Notes: a model not told the origin generated them from the letters alone. Positions 40,572 through 51,001 are shown, numbered from the stretch's first letter. The stretch: DNA of 64,000 bases from Promethearchaeota archaeon (GCA_019057795.1 JAHLWS010000082.1:32001-96000); one strand, 5' to 3'. Program-made: numbers and translations.

Positions 40572-42677
40572 ATGTCGGAGCAACACTTCCAAATATGTCA
40601 TTTTTGCCAGCGAAATGTAAAGATAGCGTATTATTGTGAAAAATGTGGCGTTAGTTGTTGTTCTGATTGCCTTCACGAAGAAAAAGTCGATTCTTATGTT
40701 TGTCAAGATTGCAATTCAAAAAATATTGCTCTCTCAGGATCAAGTAAGCAAAAGATTTGTAACGATTGTGGAAAAGAGAATATAATCAAAACGAACCAAC
40801 TTTTAAAATCTTGTCCCAAGTGTCATTCTCATCAAATTATTAATATCTACGAAAAGAAGGAAGATTTAGAAAAACAATTTTTAGAATTAATTAAAAACGC
40901 ACGCTCCTTTATTGATCCATTTAGGGATATAGTAAATTCCCTTTATATGATAAGACAGAGAGTATTTGATGCAAGAGCGCCTCCTATAAGGTGTTTTCAT
41001 TATCCTAAAATGGAATCCGACCTCTTAGCGCTCTTTAAATTATTTATATATGCAAAAGAAAATCTTCTTGAAAAGATACACAATCTAATCCAACATTTAT
41101 CTATAAATAGAGAATATTTTTTTAATATTTACACTCAACAGAATTCTAATATAAGAATTATAGAAGACATTTTAGAAAATTTAAATAGAAGCTATAATTC
41201 TATAACTGATTTTATTCAAAGTAATGTAAAAACAATAAATACTAGCATAGATAACCTATTAAAAAATCTTATTTTCATAGACAAGATCGCATTTTACTTC
41301 AAAAACTATATTAAATTTCTCAATTTAGCAGAAGATGAAAAACCCGTTTATGCGATATATGCAAAATTAGCGAATGGTCTTAACACAGAAGATAAATACA
41401 AAAAAGATAAAGGTATTCTGTTCATTACTAATTTTGACTTATCATTTGTTCATGAATATGGAAGATTAAAGAGAAAGAAAAAAGGTATTTTTAAAGCGCC
41501 AGTTAAAGATTTAACTAGCGTTAAAATAAAAGGTAAGCTGTTTAAAAAACTTTATATCGAATTTCCTTATGGTAGATATGAATTCACACTTCCTACAAAT
41601 TCAATTTCGCGAGTATTAGATTATATTCTACTAGCCAGAAGTTTTGATGAAACTATTGTGTATGATAAAGTGGCAGCGAAAAAACTTTACGATATTGATG
41701 TCGATTTGAGCGATTTAACCAATTATATTGAGGAGACGATAAATTCTTTCTTTAGTATAAAATGCCAATATAATAATGTTAATTCAAATAATGTATTCGT
41801 TAATCTTCACAATGCTAACCCATTATTTAATCAAAATCTAAGGAATGTACCTAATCAAATTTCACTTCAAGCCCCATATAATCAAAATCAGCCTACTTAC
41901 CAAAATAATTTTATTTATCCATTTAATAATTATCAAAATATGCCAAGAAATCCATTGCTTTATCAAAAAAATAAAGGATTTTCTAATCAAGGATTCGGCC
42001 AAATTCAAACTCCTGAAGAATTAAACCATTACAACAACACAGTAAGGCACTACCTACCGCCAAATTACAATCAAAATGAATTCTTCTTGCAAAATCTAAC
42101 TGAGACCGGTAGGATACAGAATTACGATCCTATAAGGTCTAACAGCGGATTTAAAAACAATTTTTCTAATGCTGAAGAGAAAAACTTTTTAATGAGAAAA
42201 TTAGAACAATTGCAAAGATACGGCGCCCCTTCTTCTAATCCATTGTATAGAAATAATTTTGACGAACGATCGTACGAACCTGCCTATTATCGATTGAATG
42301 AAAAAGTTAGACAAATGCCACAATATAACGAATACTCGAGGAATCATCTTTCAGAATTGTTTAATAATGACCATATGTCAAATCAACCGAATGATCTCCT
42401 AAGACCTAATTCAAAGAAAATGAATAAAACGAGACGTAAAAAAATGTTTGAATTGAAAAAAGAAAAATATAGTCTCGTAGAAACGTTAAAAACATTAGAA
42501 TCAAAATTTGAATCTGGAAATATTTCTGAAATTGATTTCTTTAAAAATTTTAAGAAATTACAAAAGGATTTCTATACAATTGATAAAAGCATTGAATCGA
42601 TCGACGAAGAGATGCAAGAAGAAGATTTTTTAAGAAGAAATGCCAAAAAATTCGATAGAAAAAGATATTTTACCTAA
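40572..42677 (+). CDS. Multidomain protein: Zn-fingers, coiled coil, PH/GRAM-like domain, N/Q-rich disordered region, C-terminal steadiness-box-like hairpin
   Basis: Six CxxC-type pairs at the N-terminus; KGILFITNFDLSF...PVKDLTSVKIKG.LFKKLYIEF PH/GRAM pattern; C-terminal ETLKTLESKFESGNISEIDFFKNFKKL. Confidence 0.6.
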   Translation: MSEQHFQICHFCQRNVKIAYYCEKCGVSCCSDCLHEEKVDSYVCQDCNSKNIALSGSSKQKICNDCGKENIIKTNQLLKSCPKCHSHQIINIYEKKEDLEKQFLELIKNARSFIDPFRDIVNSLYMIRQRVFDARAPPIRCFHYPKMESDLLALFKLFIYAKENLLEKIHNLIQHLSINREYFFNIYTQQNSNIRIIEDILENLNRSYNSITDFIQSNVKTINTSIDNLLKNLIFIDKIAFYFKNYIKFLNLAEDEKPVYAIYAKLANGLNTEDKYKKDKGILFITNFDLSFVHEYGRLKRKKKGIFKAPVKDLTSVKIKGKLFKKLYIEFPYGRYEFTLPTNSISRVLDYILLARSFDETIVYDKVAAKKLYDIDVDLSDLTNYIEETINSFFSIKCQYNNVNSNNVFVNLHNANPLFNQNLRNVPNQISLQAPYNQNQPTYQNNFIYPFNNYQNMPRNPLLYQKNKGFSNQGFGQIQTPEELNHYNNTVRHYLPPNYNQNEFFLQNLTETGRIQNYDPIRSNSGFKNNFSNAEEKNFLMRKLEQLQRYGAPSSNPLYRNNFDERSYEPAYYRLNEKVRQMPQYNEYSRNHLSELFNNDHMSNQPNDLLRPNSKKMNKTRRKKMFELKKEKYSLVETLKTLESKFESGNISEIDFFKNFKKLQKDFYTIDKSIESIDEEMQEEDFLRRNAKKFDRKRYFT

Positions 42678-42735
42678 GAATTCCAATACTAATCAAAATT
42701 GATTGAAATTGGTAAAGAGAATAAGTTTAAAAAAA

Positions 42736-43386
42736 TTAACTTTCTAATTCTTTCCTAAGTTTGTTGATTTCGTCTTCTAATTTTGCTTTCGTTTTTATTT
42801 CAGTTTCTTCTTCCATCTCGTCAAACTCGCTCAGATATTGTAAGTCGTCGGCAGGTACTTCTGGCATTTGGCCACCTTGTTCTAAAAGCATTTCGGTTTC
42901 TAGTTGGTTTAACTCATCAGTTACATCGATTGCTAAATCTATTTCGGGATCTCCGGCAAGAATATCGGCAGACTCCTCTATTTCTGCAACATATGCCTCA
43001 GAATCTTCGGCTATCTCTGCAATCTTAACAGGAGATGCCTTCGTTGCAATTACTTTTAATTCGTCCCTAATTCCCCCCATTAAATCGCCCGTCGTTGATA
43101 TCATTTGGCCCTCCAAAATTGCTTCTAGCTGACGTTCTATTCTAGCTCGAATGTTGTTCGCCCGATCTACCTTCATCTGATATTGTTTGTGTTGAATTAA
43201 ATAATTCTTAGCTCTAGTTCTTTCTCCTCTCTTTATTGCAATTTTGGCGTTTTTTCTAGCAATTTCTGCTCTTTTATTGAAAGTTTTATTTGATAACGCT
43301 ATTTTTCTAATGTGTGATTTAGCTTTAATAACTAATTCGTCTTTTTCTTTAGCTTTCCGGGGAAAAAGTTTTTTTTTTAACGCCAT
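42736..43386 (-). CDS. ESCRT-III (Snf7 family) protein
   Basis: Basic N-half and acidic C-half; AK.AIKRGER.RAK.YL...KQYQ; DELNQLE; MPEVP and terminal LEDEINKLR. Confidence 0.88.
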   Translation of the reverse strand: MALKKKLFPRKAKEKDELVIKAKSHIRKIALSNKTFNKRAEIARKNAKIAIKRGERTRAKNYLIQHKQYQMKVDRANNIRARIERQLEAILEGQMISTTGDLMGGIRDELKVIATKASPVKIAEIAEDSEAYVAEIEESADILAGDPEIDLAIDVTDELNQLETEMLLEQGGQMPEVPADDLQYLSEFDEMEEETEIKTKAKLEDEINKLRKELES

Positions 43387-43525
43387 TACTTCTATTCACT
43401 CCTTTTAGAGTAATTTTATTAGTATCTCTTTTATTATTAATATGATATTATTAACTTAAAAATTTGATAGAATTTAATTTAGTATAATGGTTCTTATCAA
43501 TAAATCTTTTAGAGTCCAATAATAA

Positions 43526-44629
43526 ATGAAAAAAATAATTTTAAATTTCGAAAAAAAGACCAACAATTTTAAAGATTTGGTGCAAGAAGCTTTTAACATG
43601 AATTTCCTCAATTTCTTGCTCTCTGAAGAAACTTATTCCGAATTAGAAGAAATTGAACGAATTAACACTTTTACCAAAAATATTGAAATTCCCGCTAAGA
43701 ATCTAATTTTTGCCAATCTAGAACAACTAAAAAAACAAAAAGAGTTAGGAGTAAATTGTGGTTTTTTTATGGAATTAAAATTAAAAAACGATGAAAAAGC
43801 AGTAATAAAACTTTCTAAAACCAAAGAAGTTGATTTTATAATAGTATCAGCAAAAGATTGGAAAGTTATACCTTTTGAAAACCTTATAGCCGCAATGCAT
43901 ACTAACGATACGGATCTAATTGCTTTGGTTGAAGACATTGAAGAAGCTGAATTAATGTTAAAAACCTTAGAAACAGGGGTCGATGGAATCCTTATTACTC
44001 CAAAAAATGTCAATGATATCGTTCAATTAAAATCACTGATCCAGTCTGGGATTAAAATTGAATTAGCTAAAGCAAAGATAACTAAAATACAAAATATACC
44101 TGAGAGCGAGAGAGTTTGCGTAGATAGTACTTCTTTATTACAATCTGGTGAGGGATTTCTTGTTGGTTCAACGGCACGTGGTTTTGTACTTATACATTCT
44201 GAAACATTTGAAACAACTTTTGTGAATTCTAGACCATTTCGTGTCAACGCAGGCGATGTATCAGCGTATATCTTAGTTCCTAACGATGACCCTGAAAAGA
44301 TCTATCAAACAAATTACTTAAGCGAACTAAAAGGTGGAAAGAGAGTCTTAGCTGTAAATTATAAAGGAGAAGCTCGAATTGTTTCTATTGGACGTGTAAA
44401 AATAGAGATTCGACCAATGTTGAGATTTGAATTGGAAGTTTCTGAAGGTAATAAAAAAATCCCCCTGAGTTGTATATGTCAAAATGCCGAGACAATTCGG
44501 TTAGTGGCTCCAGATGGTATAGCTAAACCTGTTGTTGCTATTAAAATTGGCGACGAGGTTTTAGTACATATTGGACCTGGAGCTACTCATTTTGGAACTG
44601 CCATAAAAGAATCAATTTTGGAGAAATAA
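43526..44629 (+). CDS. aroB': 3-dehydroquinate synthase II
   Basis: DWKVIPFENLIA, LETGVDG, RVCVD, RPFRVNAG, YLSELK.G, GRVKIE.RP, QNAETIRL, HFG. Confidence 0.94.
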   Translation: MKKIILNFEKKTNNFKDLVQEAFNMNFLNFLLSEETYSELEEIERINTFTKNIEIPAKNLIFANLEQLKKQKELGVNCGFFMELKLKNDEKAVIKLSKTKEVDFIIVSAKDWKVIPFENLIAAMHTNDTDLIALVEDIEEAELMLKTLETGVDGILITPKNVNDIVQLKSLIQSGIKIELAKAKITKIQNIPESERVCVDSTSLLQSGEGFLVGSTARGFVLIHSETFETTFVNSRPFRVNAGDVSAYILVPNDDPEKIYQTNYLSELKGGKRVLAVNYKGEARIVSIGRVKIEIRPMLRFELEVSEGNKKIPLSCICQNAETIRLVAPDGIAKPVVAIKIGDEVLVHIGPGATHFGTAIKESILEK

Positions 44630-44681
44630 TTTTTTAATTAAATAAATTTATAATATCCTAATAAAATAAAACAAAAACCTT

Positions 44682-45932
44682 TTGATTAATATGACAATTT
44701 ATTGGGCTCCAATGCTTCATGCCTACCAACCTCCATATCAGGATGTTGGCGTTTTGCGAAAAATTAATAAGGAGTGTTATAAACCTCTCTTTTCTATGTT
44801 AGAAGAGCACGAAAATATCAAAATCAGTCTAAACATAAATAGTAATCTTATTGAAATGTTCCATGAATTTGATTTAGAGGATACACTGGAGTTATTAAAA
44901 AATTTAGTTTCTGAAAACAAAATTGAAATTCTCGGAACCGCAAAATTTCATCCTATTCTTCCCTTAATACCAGAAAAAGAAGCTCAAAACCAAATTCGAT
45001 TAAATGAGGCGATTAATAGGTTGGAATTCCAAAAATGGGAGAGAAAGGGTTTTTTTCCTCCCGAAATGTCTATTAACTCTAAAGTTGCTAAATTTCTTCA
45101 ACAGTTAGGCTATAAATGGGTACTAATGAGCGGAATTGCTTGTCCAGTAAAATGGCCCTATGATTACATATATTGTTCTCCAAATGGATTACAGCTTTTT
45201 TTTAGAGACGATATTTTAAGTAACAAAATTTCGTTTAATAATATTAATGCAAAAGAATTCGTCAAAGATTTAAATGATATTTTTAAAGACAAAAAAGGAA
45301 TTAAGGATAAAGACAAATATGTTATCACTGCGATGGATTCTGAGACATTTGGTCATCATATAAAGAAATATGAAAGAACTTTTTTGAGTAAAGTTTTTGA
45401 ACTTATTAACTCTCAGAAAGAAATCAAGATTGTATTTATATCCGATTTAGATAGATATTTTCCGATTCATAAAGAAAAAATAATTCCACGAGATTCAAGT
45501 TGGAGCACAACTCATGAGGATATAAAGGCGCACATTCCGTTCCCATTATGGGATCATCCTGATAATAGCATCCATAAGTTATATTGGAAGATAATGAGAA
45601 GCTTAAATAATTTAATGACCTTGTTAGAAAACCTAGATTTAACTCAAGATTGGGAAGTAGAAAATTACTATAATACAGCTAGATGGTTTTATGATAAAGG
45701 AATTTGTTCAGATAGTACATGGTGGGCTAACCCTATTCGAGGGGCATGGAGTCCTAACTTGATTTATAAAGGAATTGAGTATCTTATGAGATCTGCTCTT
45801 AATGCTCAACTAGCATTAGTTCACGCTAATCAATCTGATTTAGGAGAAGGATATTTTGATTCGATATCACTTTATCATAATCTATTACTTATGGAAATTT
45901 ACTCAATAACTAAAAAAAAAAAAAATCTTTAA
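44682..45932 (+). CDS. Glycoside hydrolase family 57 protein
   Basis: HAYQP, HPILPL, GFFPPE, D.ETFGHH, SSW, SD..WW. Confidence 0.9.
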   Translation: MINMTIYWAPMLHAYQPPYQDVGVLRKINKECYKPLFSMLEEHENIKISLNINSNLIEMFHEFDLEDTLELLKNLVSENKIEILGTAKFHPILPLIPEKEAQNQIRLNEAINRLEFQKWERKGFFPPEMSINSKVAKFLQQLGYKWVLMSGIACPVKWPYDYIYCSPNGLQLFFRDDILSNKISFNNINAKEFVKDLNDIFKDKKGIKDKDKYVITAMDSETFGHHIKKYERTFLSKVFELINSQKEIKIVFISDLDRYFPIHKEKIIPRDSSWSTTHEDIKAHIPFPLWDHPDNSIHKLYWKIMRSLNNLMTLLENLDLTQDWEVENYYNTARWFYDKGICSDSTWWANPIRGAWSPNLIYKGIEYLMRSALNAQLALVHANQSDLGEGYFDSISLYHNLLLMEIYSITKKKKNL

Positions 45933-46056
45933 CTACTATAACTTCCCCGTTTGTTTACAATATTACTTTGATTGTTTCAAATAACAATAAACTATATAAT
46001 TTTTAGTTTATATAATAAACTAATTGCGCTTTGGTAGAAATTAATGCCCTAATTTT

Positions 46057-47178
46057 TTGAGTATAATGTCAAAAGAAAATGAAAAACAGCAAATAGTAAA
46101 ACATTGCGTGTACTGTGGGACCCGAATTGAAGAAAACAAAGTCTATTGCCCTAAATGTGGAAAACTCGTAGTAAAAATCGAGCCAAGCAAAGAAAAAAGT
46201 CGTCTTCAGAAAATAGGGGCAAAACCACCTCAAAAAAAAATTGTTTCAAGAAAATGTTCTGGTTGTGGTTCAATAATAACCTCTTCTGTATTAGAACAAT
46301 GCCCTATATGTAATACTAAGCTAGAAAAGATACCACAACTTCAAGAAGCAAAATCAAGTGAAACACCTCTAATTAAAACAGGCTATGTCTTTACGAATAA
46401 AAAGTTAGTGCCAGAACAAAAATTTATAATAAAAAAAGATACTTGGAATTTTAGAGAGGGTATTAGCGTTTTTGGTAACTCCCTTATGGCATATATCATC
46501 ATTCGATTGCTAATTACTATGTTATTAGCTTTCCCATTAGACGCCTCTGATCCAATTGATTTAAATATTACAACAATACTATTAAGTCAAATTCCTGACA
46601 TAGTATTCGGGGTGTATCCCTTATGGTACATTTATTCAAAAAAACATAATTTTCAAAAATTAAGGTTAAATTTTAAAGCAAAACCATTTTTAATTGCGCT
46701 ATTAATTGGCATAATCGGCAGTATAGGATTAGTAATTATTGATAATTTCTCTTCAGTATTAATACGTTTTATGTACGACTCCGGAATAAATTTTTTTGAT
46801 ATTTTTTCTTATTTAGATGAGCAATCTCTGGTACTTCAAAACGCAGATTTAATCTGGGTAATCTTGCTTATGGTTATTTTATCTTTATCTGCAATTTCAA
46901 CAGAATTAGTATTTAGAGGAGTATTACATAATACTCTAACAGAACGTTTTGAGAACGATTTACTAGGGAGGTCTTCAGTAATTTTAATAATCGCGCTAAT
47001 ATACTCAGTTCTTTTTCTATTTTTTACTTTACCAATAGGAATATATTTCTTTTTAGTGAATCTCATGGTTTTTATTTTTTTAGGTATACTATATGAAGTT
47101 AATAAAAATATTCTCACCACGATATGCGCCAGCATCATCTACAATATTGCTCTTATTATCTTGATCGTGTATTTTTAA
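46057..47178 (+). CDS. Double zinc-ribbon + CPBP-fold membrane protein (catalytic residues degenerate)
   Basis: CVYCG..YCPKCG and CSGCG..CPIC; STELVFRG instead of EExxFRG; motif histidines absent. Confidence 0.78.
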   Translation: MSIMSKENEKQQIVKHCVYCGTRIEENKVYCPKCGKLVVKIEPSKEKSRLQKIGAKPPQKKIVSRKCSGCGSIITSSVLEQCPICNTKLEKIPQLQEAKSSETPLIKTGYVFTNKKLVPEQKFIIKKDTWNFREGISVFGNSLMAYIIIRLLITMLLAFPLDASDPIDLNITTILLSQIPDIVFGVYPLWYIYSKKHNFQKLRLNFKAKPFLIALLIGIIGSIGLVIIDNFSSVLIRFMYDSGINFFDIFSYLDEQSLVLQNADLIWVILLMVILSLSAISTELVFRGVLHNTLTERFENDLLGRSSVILIIALIYSVLFLFFTLPIGIYFFLVNLMVFIFLGILYEVNKNILTTICASIIYNIALIILIVYF

Positions 47179-47296
47179 TTTTAAGATCACTTTTCATTAT
47201 CCTTTAATATAAAATTTTATAATAAGAAAAATCACATATCTCTAGTGGTATTATTAGTAACTTTTATTCTTTTAAATACGATAAGATCTAAACAAC

Positions 47297-48040
47297 TTGG
47301 AGAAAGAGAGATTGGGTAAAAGGTATTACACAAATAAAGGAAGCAAGGACAATATAATTTTGTCAATCGCCGGTCCTCACGGAATCGGTAAAACGACTAT
47401 TTTTAATCTTTTAAAAAAAAGTTTGGGAACCAATAACAAATTTAAATTTTTTCCAGAAAGATACATAAAAATCCCTCCTTTTCCATTTGGTTCTTGCGAC
47501 AAACAAATTGGTTTCCGCAGCGAAATTCATTTTCTTCAACAGTTAATAAAGAGAAATAAAAATATCACGAATTTTGATAACCAATATAATGGTAGAGTAA
47601 TCATTTTAGATAGAACACCTATCTGTGTTTTAGTTTATTCAAAAAGCCTTTATCTTAAGGAAAAGGATTATAACCTTATCCTTGATATGTATAAATCAGT
47701 TAAATGGAAAGAAGATTACATCGTATATCTTACAGCTCAATCGGATACGATATTAAAAAGAATTATTCAAAGAGGCTCTATTGATAAAACCAGAAAAGAG
47801 TGGAATGAAAGCGACAAAGAGTATTTGTTAAAAATTCTTTCCTATTACAATCAATTTCTATTATCCAAAACTCAAACTAAAAAAATATTCATAATCGATA
47901 CAGATAAATTGACCACAGAAGAGGTTGTAGAAGAAATTAAAAAAATAATAGCCAATTTATCTGGTTATTCGTTCAATAAACTTATTAACTCTCCCTCTAC
48001 GCAAAATTCTACGCAAAAGAATTTAAATGATTTTATGTAA
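47297..48040 (+). CDS. Deoxynucleoside/thymidylate kinase family protein
   Basis: GPHGIGKTT, F.PE, ILDRT, VYL.A......RI..RG, IDT. Confidence 0.85.
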   Translation: MEKERLGKRYYTNKGSKDNIILSIAGPHGIGKTTIFNLLKKSLGTNNKFKFFPERYIKIPPFPFGSCDKQIGFRSEIHFLQQLIKRNKNITNFDNQYNGRVIILDRTPICVLVYSKSLYLKEKDYNLILDMYKSVKWKEDYIVYLTAQSDTILKRIIQRGSIDKTRKEWNESDKEYLLKILSYYNQFLLSKTQTKKIFIIDTDKLTTEEVVEEIKKIIANLSGYSFNKLINSPSTQNSTQKNLNDFM

Positions 48041-48146
48041 TCAATTATAATAAAATATATTAGTATAGATTTTATGATATAAATTAAGAGAATATAATAT
48101 TATTGATTTTTAATTAACTTTAACTAATAAAGCAGTTTGATTTAAA

Positions 48147-49127
48147 ATGTCGTCCCTTGTGCAAGGTATTCGCGAAAATATGATGAAAATTTTGAGGATC
48201 GAGGAAGATAAAACCGATTTAGAAAATTTAGCTGTTTTATCTAGAGTTGGTATGAAAGTAGCTTCTTCTACTTCTTATGAACTTGATGCAGATGCAACTT
48301 CCGCATCGAGTACTGCATTGATAGATTTGGGGTTGAGGTTAAGTGAAGCAACAGCTCATGGCGCTTTAACAGAAATTATTCTTCATAATACCTCTGGGTA
48401 TAGTATCATTTTAGCAATTAACGACGAATATCTTGTATTTGGTGGTTTAAAAAATGTATACCGAATAGGTTATTACCTTGGTTATTTACGCGAATTAGCA
48501 TTAAAGTTGAATATATTAATCTCAGGGGAAGAAATAACTGAAATGACTCTTTCTTTAGAGGAATCCGAAAGAGCTAAACTAAGGGAAGAGCAAGAAAAAG
48601 AGGAAGTAGTTGCAATAGTTAAACCTAGTGTCGAAGAAGATAAGGCGGCATTAGACGGCTTATTAGGGTTTTTAGACAATTGGGAGAAAGAAGGGGGCGA
48701 TATTGAGGGCGTTGAAGCTAAAAATGAAAATAACATTGTTTCGATCCCATCATCTCTTGGCTTAGAATATGAAAGGCAATTAGAACACGCCACTGAGGGC
48801 ATGGAAACTCATGTGCCGATTTCTCCAACGACTCAAAGCTTTGAACCACAATTTAAAGTTTATGACGACGAAATTCCCCCAGTACCCCTTGAAGATTATA
48901 CTCCGATGGAAATCGAAGAGGATCCCAGTTATCAAGAACCTCAAATCGTACGGGAACAGCCTTTACAGGATGGCTTGCTTTCACTCGAAGATCTTCCTAC
49001 ACCCGATTTTAATTCTGAATTTGTAGAAGGTGCTTCAGAGTATGATACTGAATTTGTGTTAGAAAAAGAGTCAGCAACCTTTGAAAATGTTTTAAAAGAC
49101 CTCGGATGGGACGAAGAAGAAGATTAA
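48147..49127 (+). CDS. Roadblock domain protein with long acidic disordered tail
   Basis: LAVLSRVGMKVASS...SASSTALIDLG...G.LTEIILH...GY roadblock pattern; about 190-aa E/D/P-rich tail. Confidence 0.78.
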   Translation: MSSLVQGIRENMMKILRIEEDKTDLENLAVLSRVGMKVASSTSYELDADATSASSTALIDLGLRLSEATAHGALTEIILHNTSGYSIILAINDEYLVFGGLKNVYRIGYYLGYLRELALKLNILISGEEITEMTLSLEESERAKLREEQEKEEVVAIVKPSVEEDKAALDGLLGFLDNWEKEGGDIEGVEAKNENNIVSIPSSLGLEYERQLEHATEGMETHVPISPTTQSFEPQFKVYDDEIPPVPLEDYTPMEIEEDPSYQEPQIVREQPLQDGLLSLEDLPTPDFNSEFVEGASEYDTEFVLEKESATFENVLKDLGWDEEED

Positions 49128-49274
49128 TTAATTTGAAAATCTATTCTTCTTCATATATCTAATAAACCTAAATTTTTCTTGAATAAGTTTCTTTATCTTC
49201 CCTATACTTTAGGATGAAAAACTATTAGAGTTAAGTAAAATAAAAAAATAAAAAAATATTTATTATTAGTTCCT

Positions 49275-50615
49275 TTACTCCTCAAAATCAAGTTTTATAA
49301 ATTTTCTTGAAAAGAAATAAGCACCTATCAATATTAATGAACATATTGGTCCGAATACTAATAAACCTAATGAAAATGGATCTCCAGTTCCTACTACTAT
49401 ATCGGGTAATGCCACAATCATCCCCATAATGATTAGTCCAAAAAATTGGAAGATATTTAAAACAATACTGGGAAAACCTGTATAAATACCTGCTTTTAAT
49501 TCTCCTGTTGATTTTTCATCATCTTCAGCGATATCTGCATACATTATGCTAGGAAATAAGAACCACCCGCCCATGCATGCGGTTATTCCAAGGATAAATA
49601 TTATACCAAATATAAAAGTTGATTCCATTGGTAATAATCCAAATAAAGAAAATGGAAGAAAAATTATTGCTGTAAGAAAAATATATAAAAGTCTACGTTT
49701 TCGCCCTAATTTTTCTATCAATTTCCTCCATATTACTAAGAAAATCAGAATACCAAGCATAAAAACTATTGAAGCAATGAGATTAGACGTACTATCAAAC
49801 TGCAGAACCTCCGAAATATAGACTAATATTAATGAACCAATCATTATCCAAGCTATACTAGCAATACCTTGCATGACTGTAACCAATAAAAAATTCTTAT
49901 TTTTTAGGATCGTCTTCAAGTTATCAATCATATTAGAATCAATCTTAAAGTGTGGTTCTTTAGGCATCAATATTGTTATTAAATAAAATAATATCAATGG
50001 AATAATAGCAAATATTACTACACTATATAAAAATACCGGTGGAATAATATCTGATGCTTGTATTTCCTCATTAAAATCTGTTAAAACTACCATTGCAAAA
50101 ACTGTCATTATTGCAGTTCCAATAAAACCAAAAAGATTCTGAAACTGAGATACTTTAGGACGCTCATCAATAGTAAATTGTTCAGCCATCCAAGCGTTAT
50201 ATGGAGTAGTAACGCCATAACTAATATTAAACATTATATTCCATATTAAAAGCCATATAAAAACGGATGAAACATCAGTAATGTCTATAAAAAAGCTTGG
50301 TAATAGCAAGAATATGAAAGTTATGGCAAGAAACAGACTTAAGGTTACTAAATACGGCTTTCTTCGACCCCATCGAGTATATTTAGCATCACTAATCCAT
50401 CCAAAAAAGAATTGAGAGGCAGCAATAGTTAGCTTTCCTATACCTAAAGCAACCCCTACTGAGAATGAGTCCAAACCATATCCTAGGTAATAAAGAGAAA
50501 ATAAAGCGAAATCTACAAATCCCATTAAAATAGAAGTACCTAACTTTGGAACTCCAAAAAGCAAAACTTTACTACTTTTACTTTTACTTCTTTGTATAAT
50601 TTCATTTTGATTCAT
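49275..50615 (-). CDS. MFS transporter (GPH/MelB-like)
   Basis: About 12 TM segments; GWISD....RWGRRKPY, TPY.AWMAE, YADIAEDDE. Confidence 0.9.
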   Translation of the reverse strand: MNQNEIIQRSKSKSSKVLLFGVPKLGTSILMGFVDFALFSLYYLGYGLDSFSVGVALGIGKLTIAASQFFFGWISDAKYTRWGRRKPYLVTLSLFLAITFIFLLLPSFFIDITDVSSVFIWLLIWNIMFNISYGVTTPYNAWMAEQFTIDERPKVSQFQNLFGFIGTAIMTVFAMVVLTDFNEEIQASDIIPPVFLYSVVIFAIIPLILFYLITILMPKEPHFKIDSNMIDNLKTILKNKNFLLVTVMQGIASIAWIMIGSLILVYISEVLQFDSTSNLIASIVFMLGILIFLVIWRKLIEKLGRKRRLLYIFLTAIIFLPFSLFGLLPMESTFIFGIIFILGITACMGGWFLFPSIMYADIAEDDEKSTGELKAGIYTGFPSIVLNIFQFFGLIIMGMIVALPDIVVGTGDPFSLGLLVFGPICSLILIGAYFFSRKFIKLDFEE

Positions 50616-50809
50616 GATGATTTCACTACTTATTTATTTAAGTTTCTTAATTTGTATTTTTAATTTAATAATTAAATAAGATAAACATCTATTTTAATGT
50701 ATATAAAATTCCTTTATAACATTCTAATTAAAAAGTCAGAGCAATATAATTCTATAATAAAATCATCTTTTTTTTTAATTTTTTTAATAGTTATTTTAGT
50801 TAATTGAGC

Positions 50810-51001
50810 AAGATCATTAAAAACAAAAGCAATACCTAATTATTTTACTATAGTATGGATATTTTTGACAAAGTTTTTGAGATTTACCAAGAATATTACA
50901 TTTGCCCACATTGTTTAGGCAGAATGTTCTCCTTGTTAGGGACTGATACAACCAATTACGATAGAGGTATATCTCTCTTGCTGGCAATTACTATGGAGAA
51001 T
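50810..51001 (+). repeat. Direct copy of pus10 upstream region and first 49 codons (54521-54712)
   Basis: 192-nt ungapped match, 8 mismatches counted by eye. Confidence 0.95.

Noticed and set aside
41770-42415. Possible tandem repeat or CRISPR-like array
   Set aside because: Only low-complexity N/Q-rich coding sequence; no regularly spaced identical repeats
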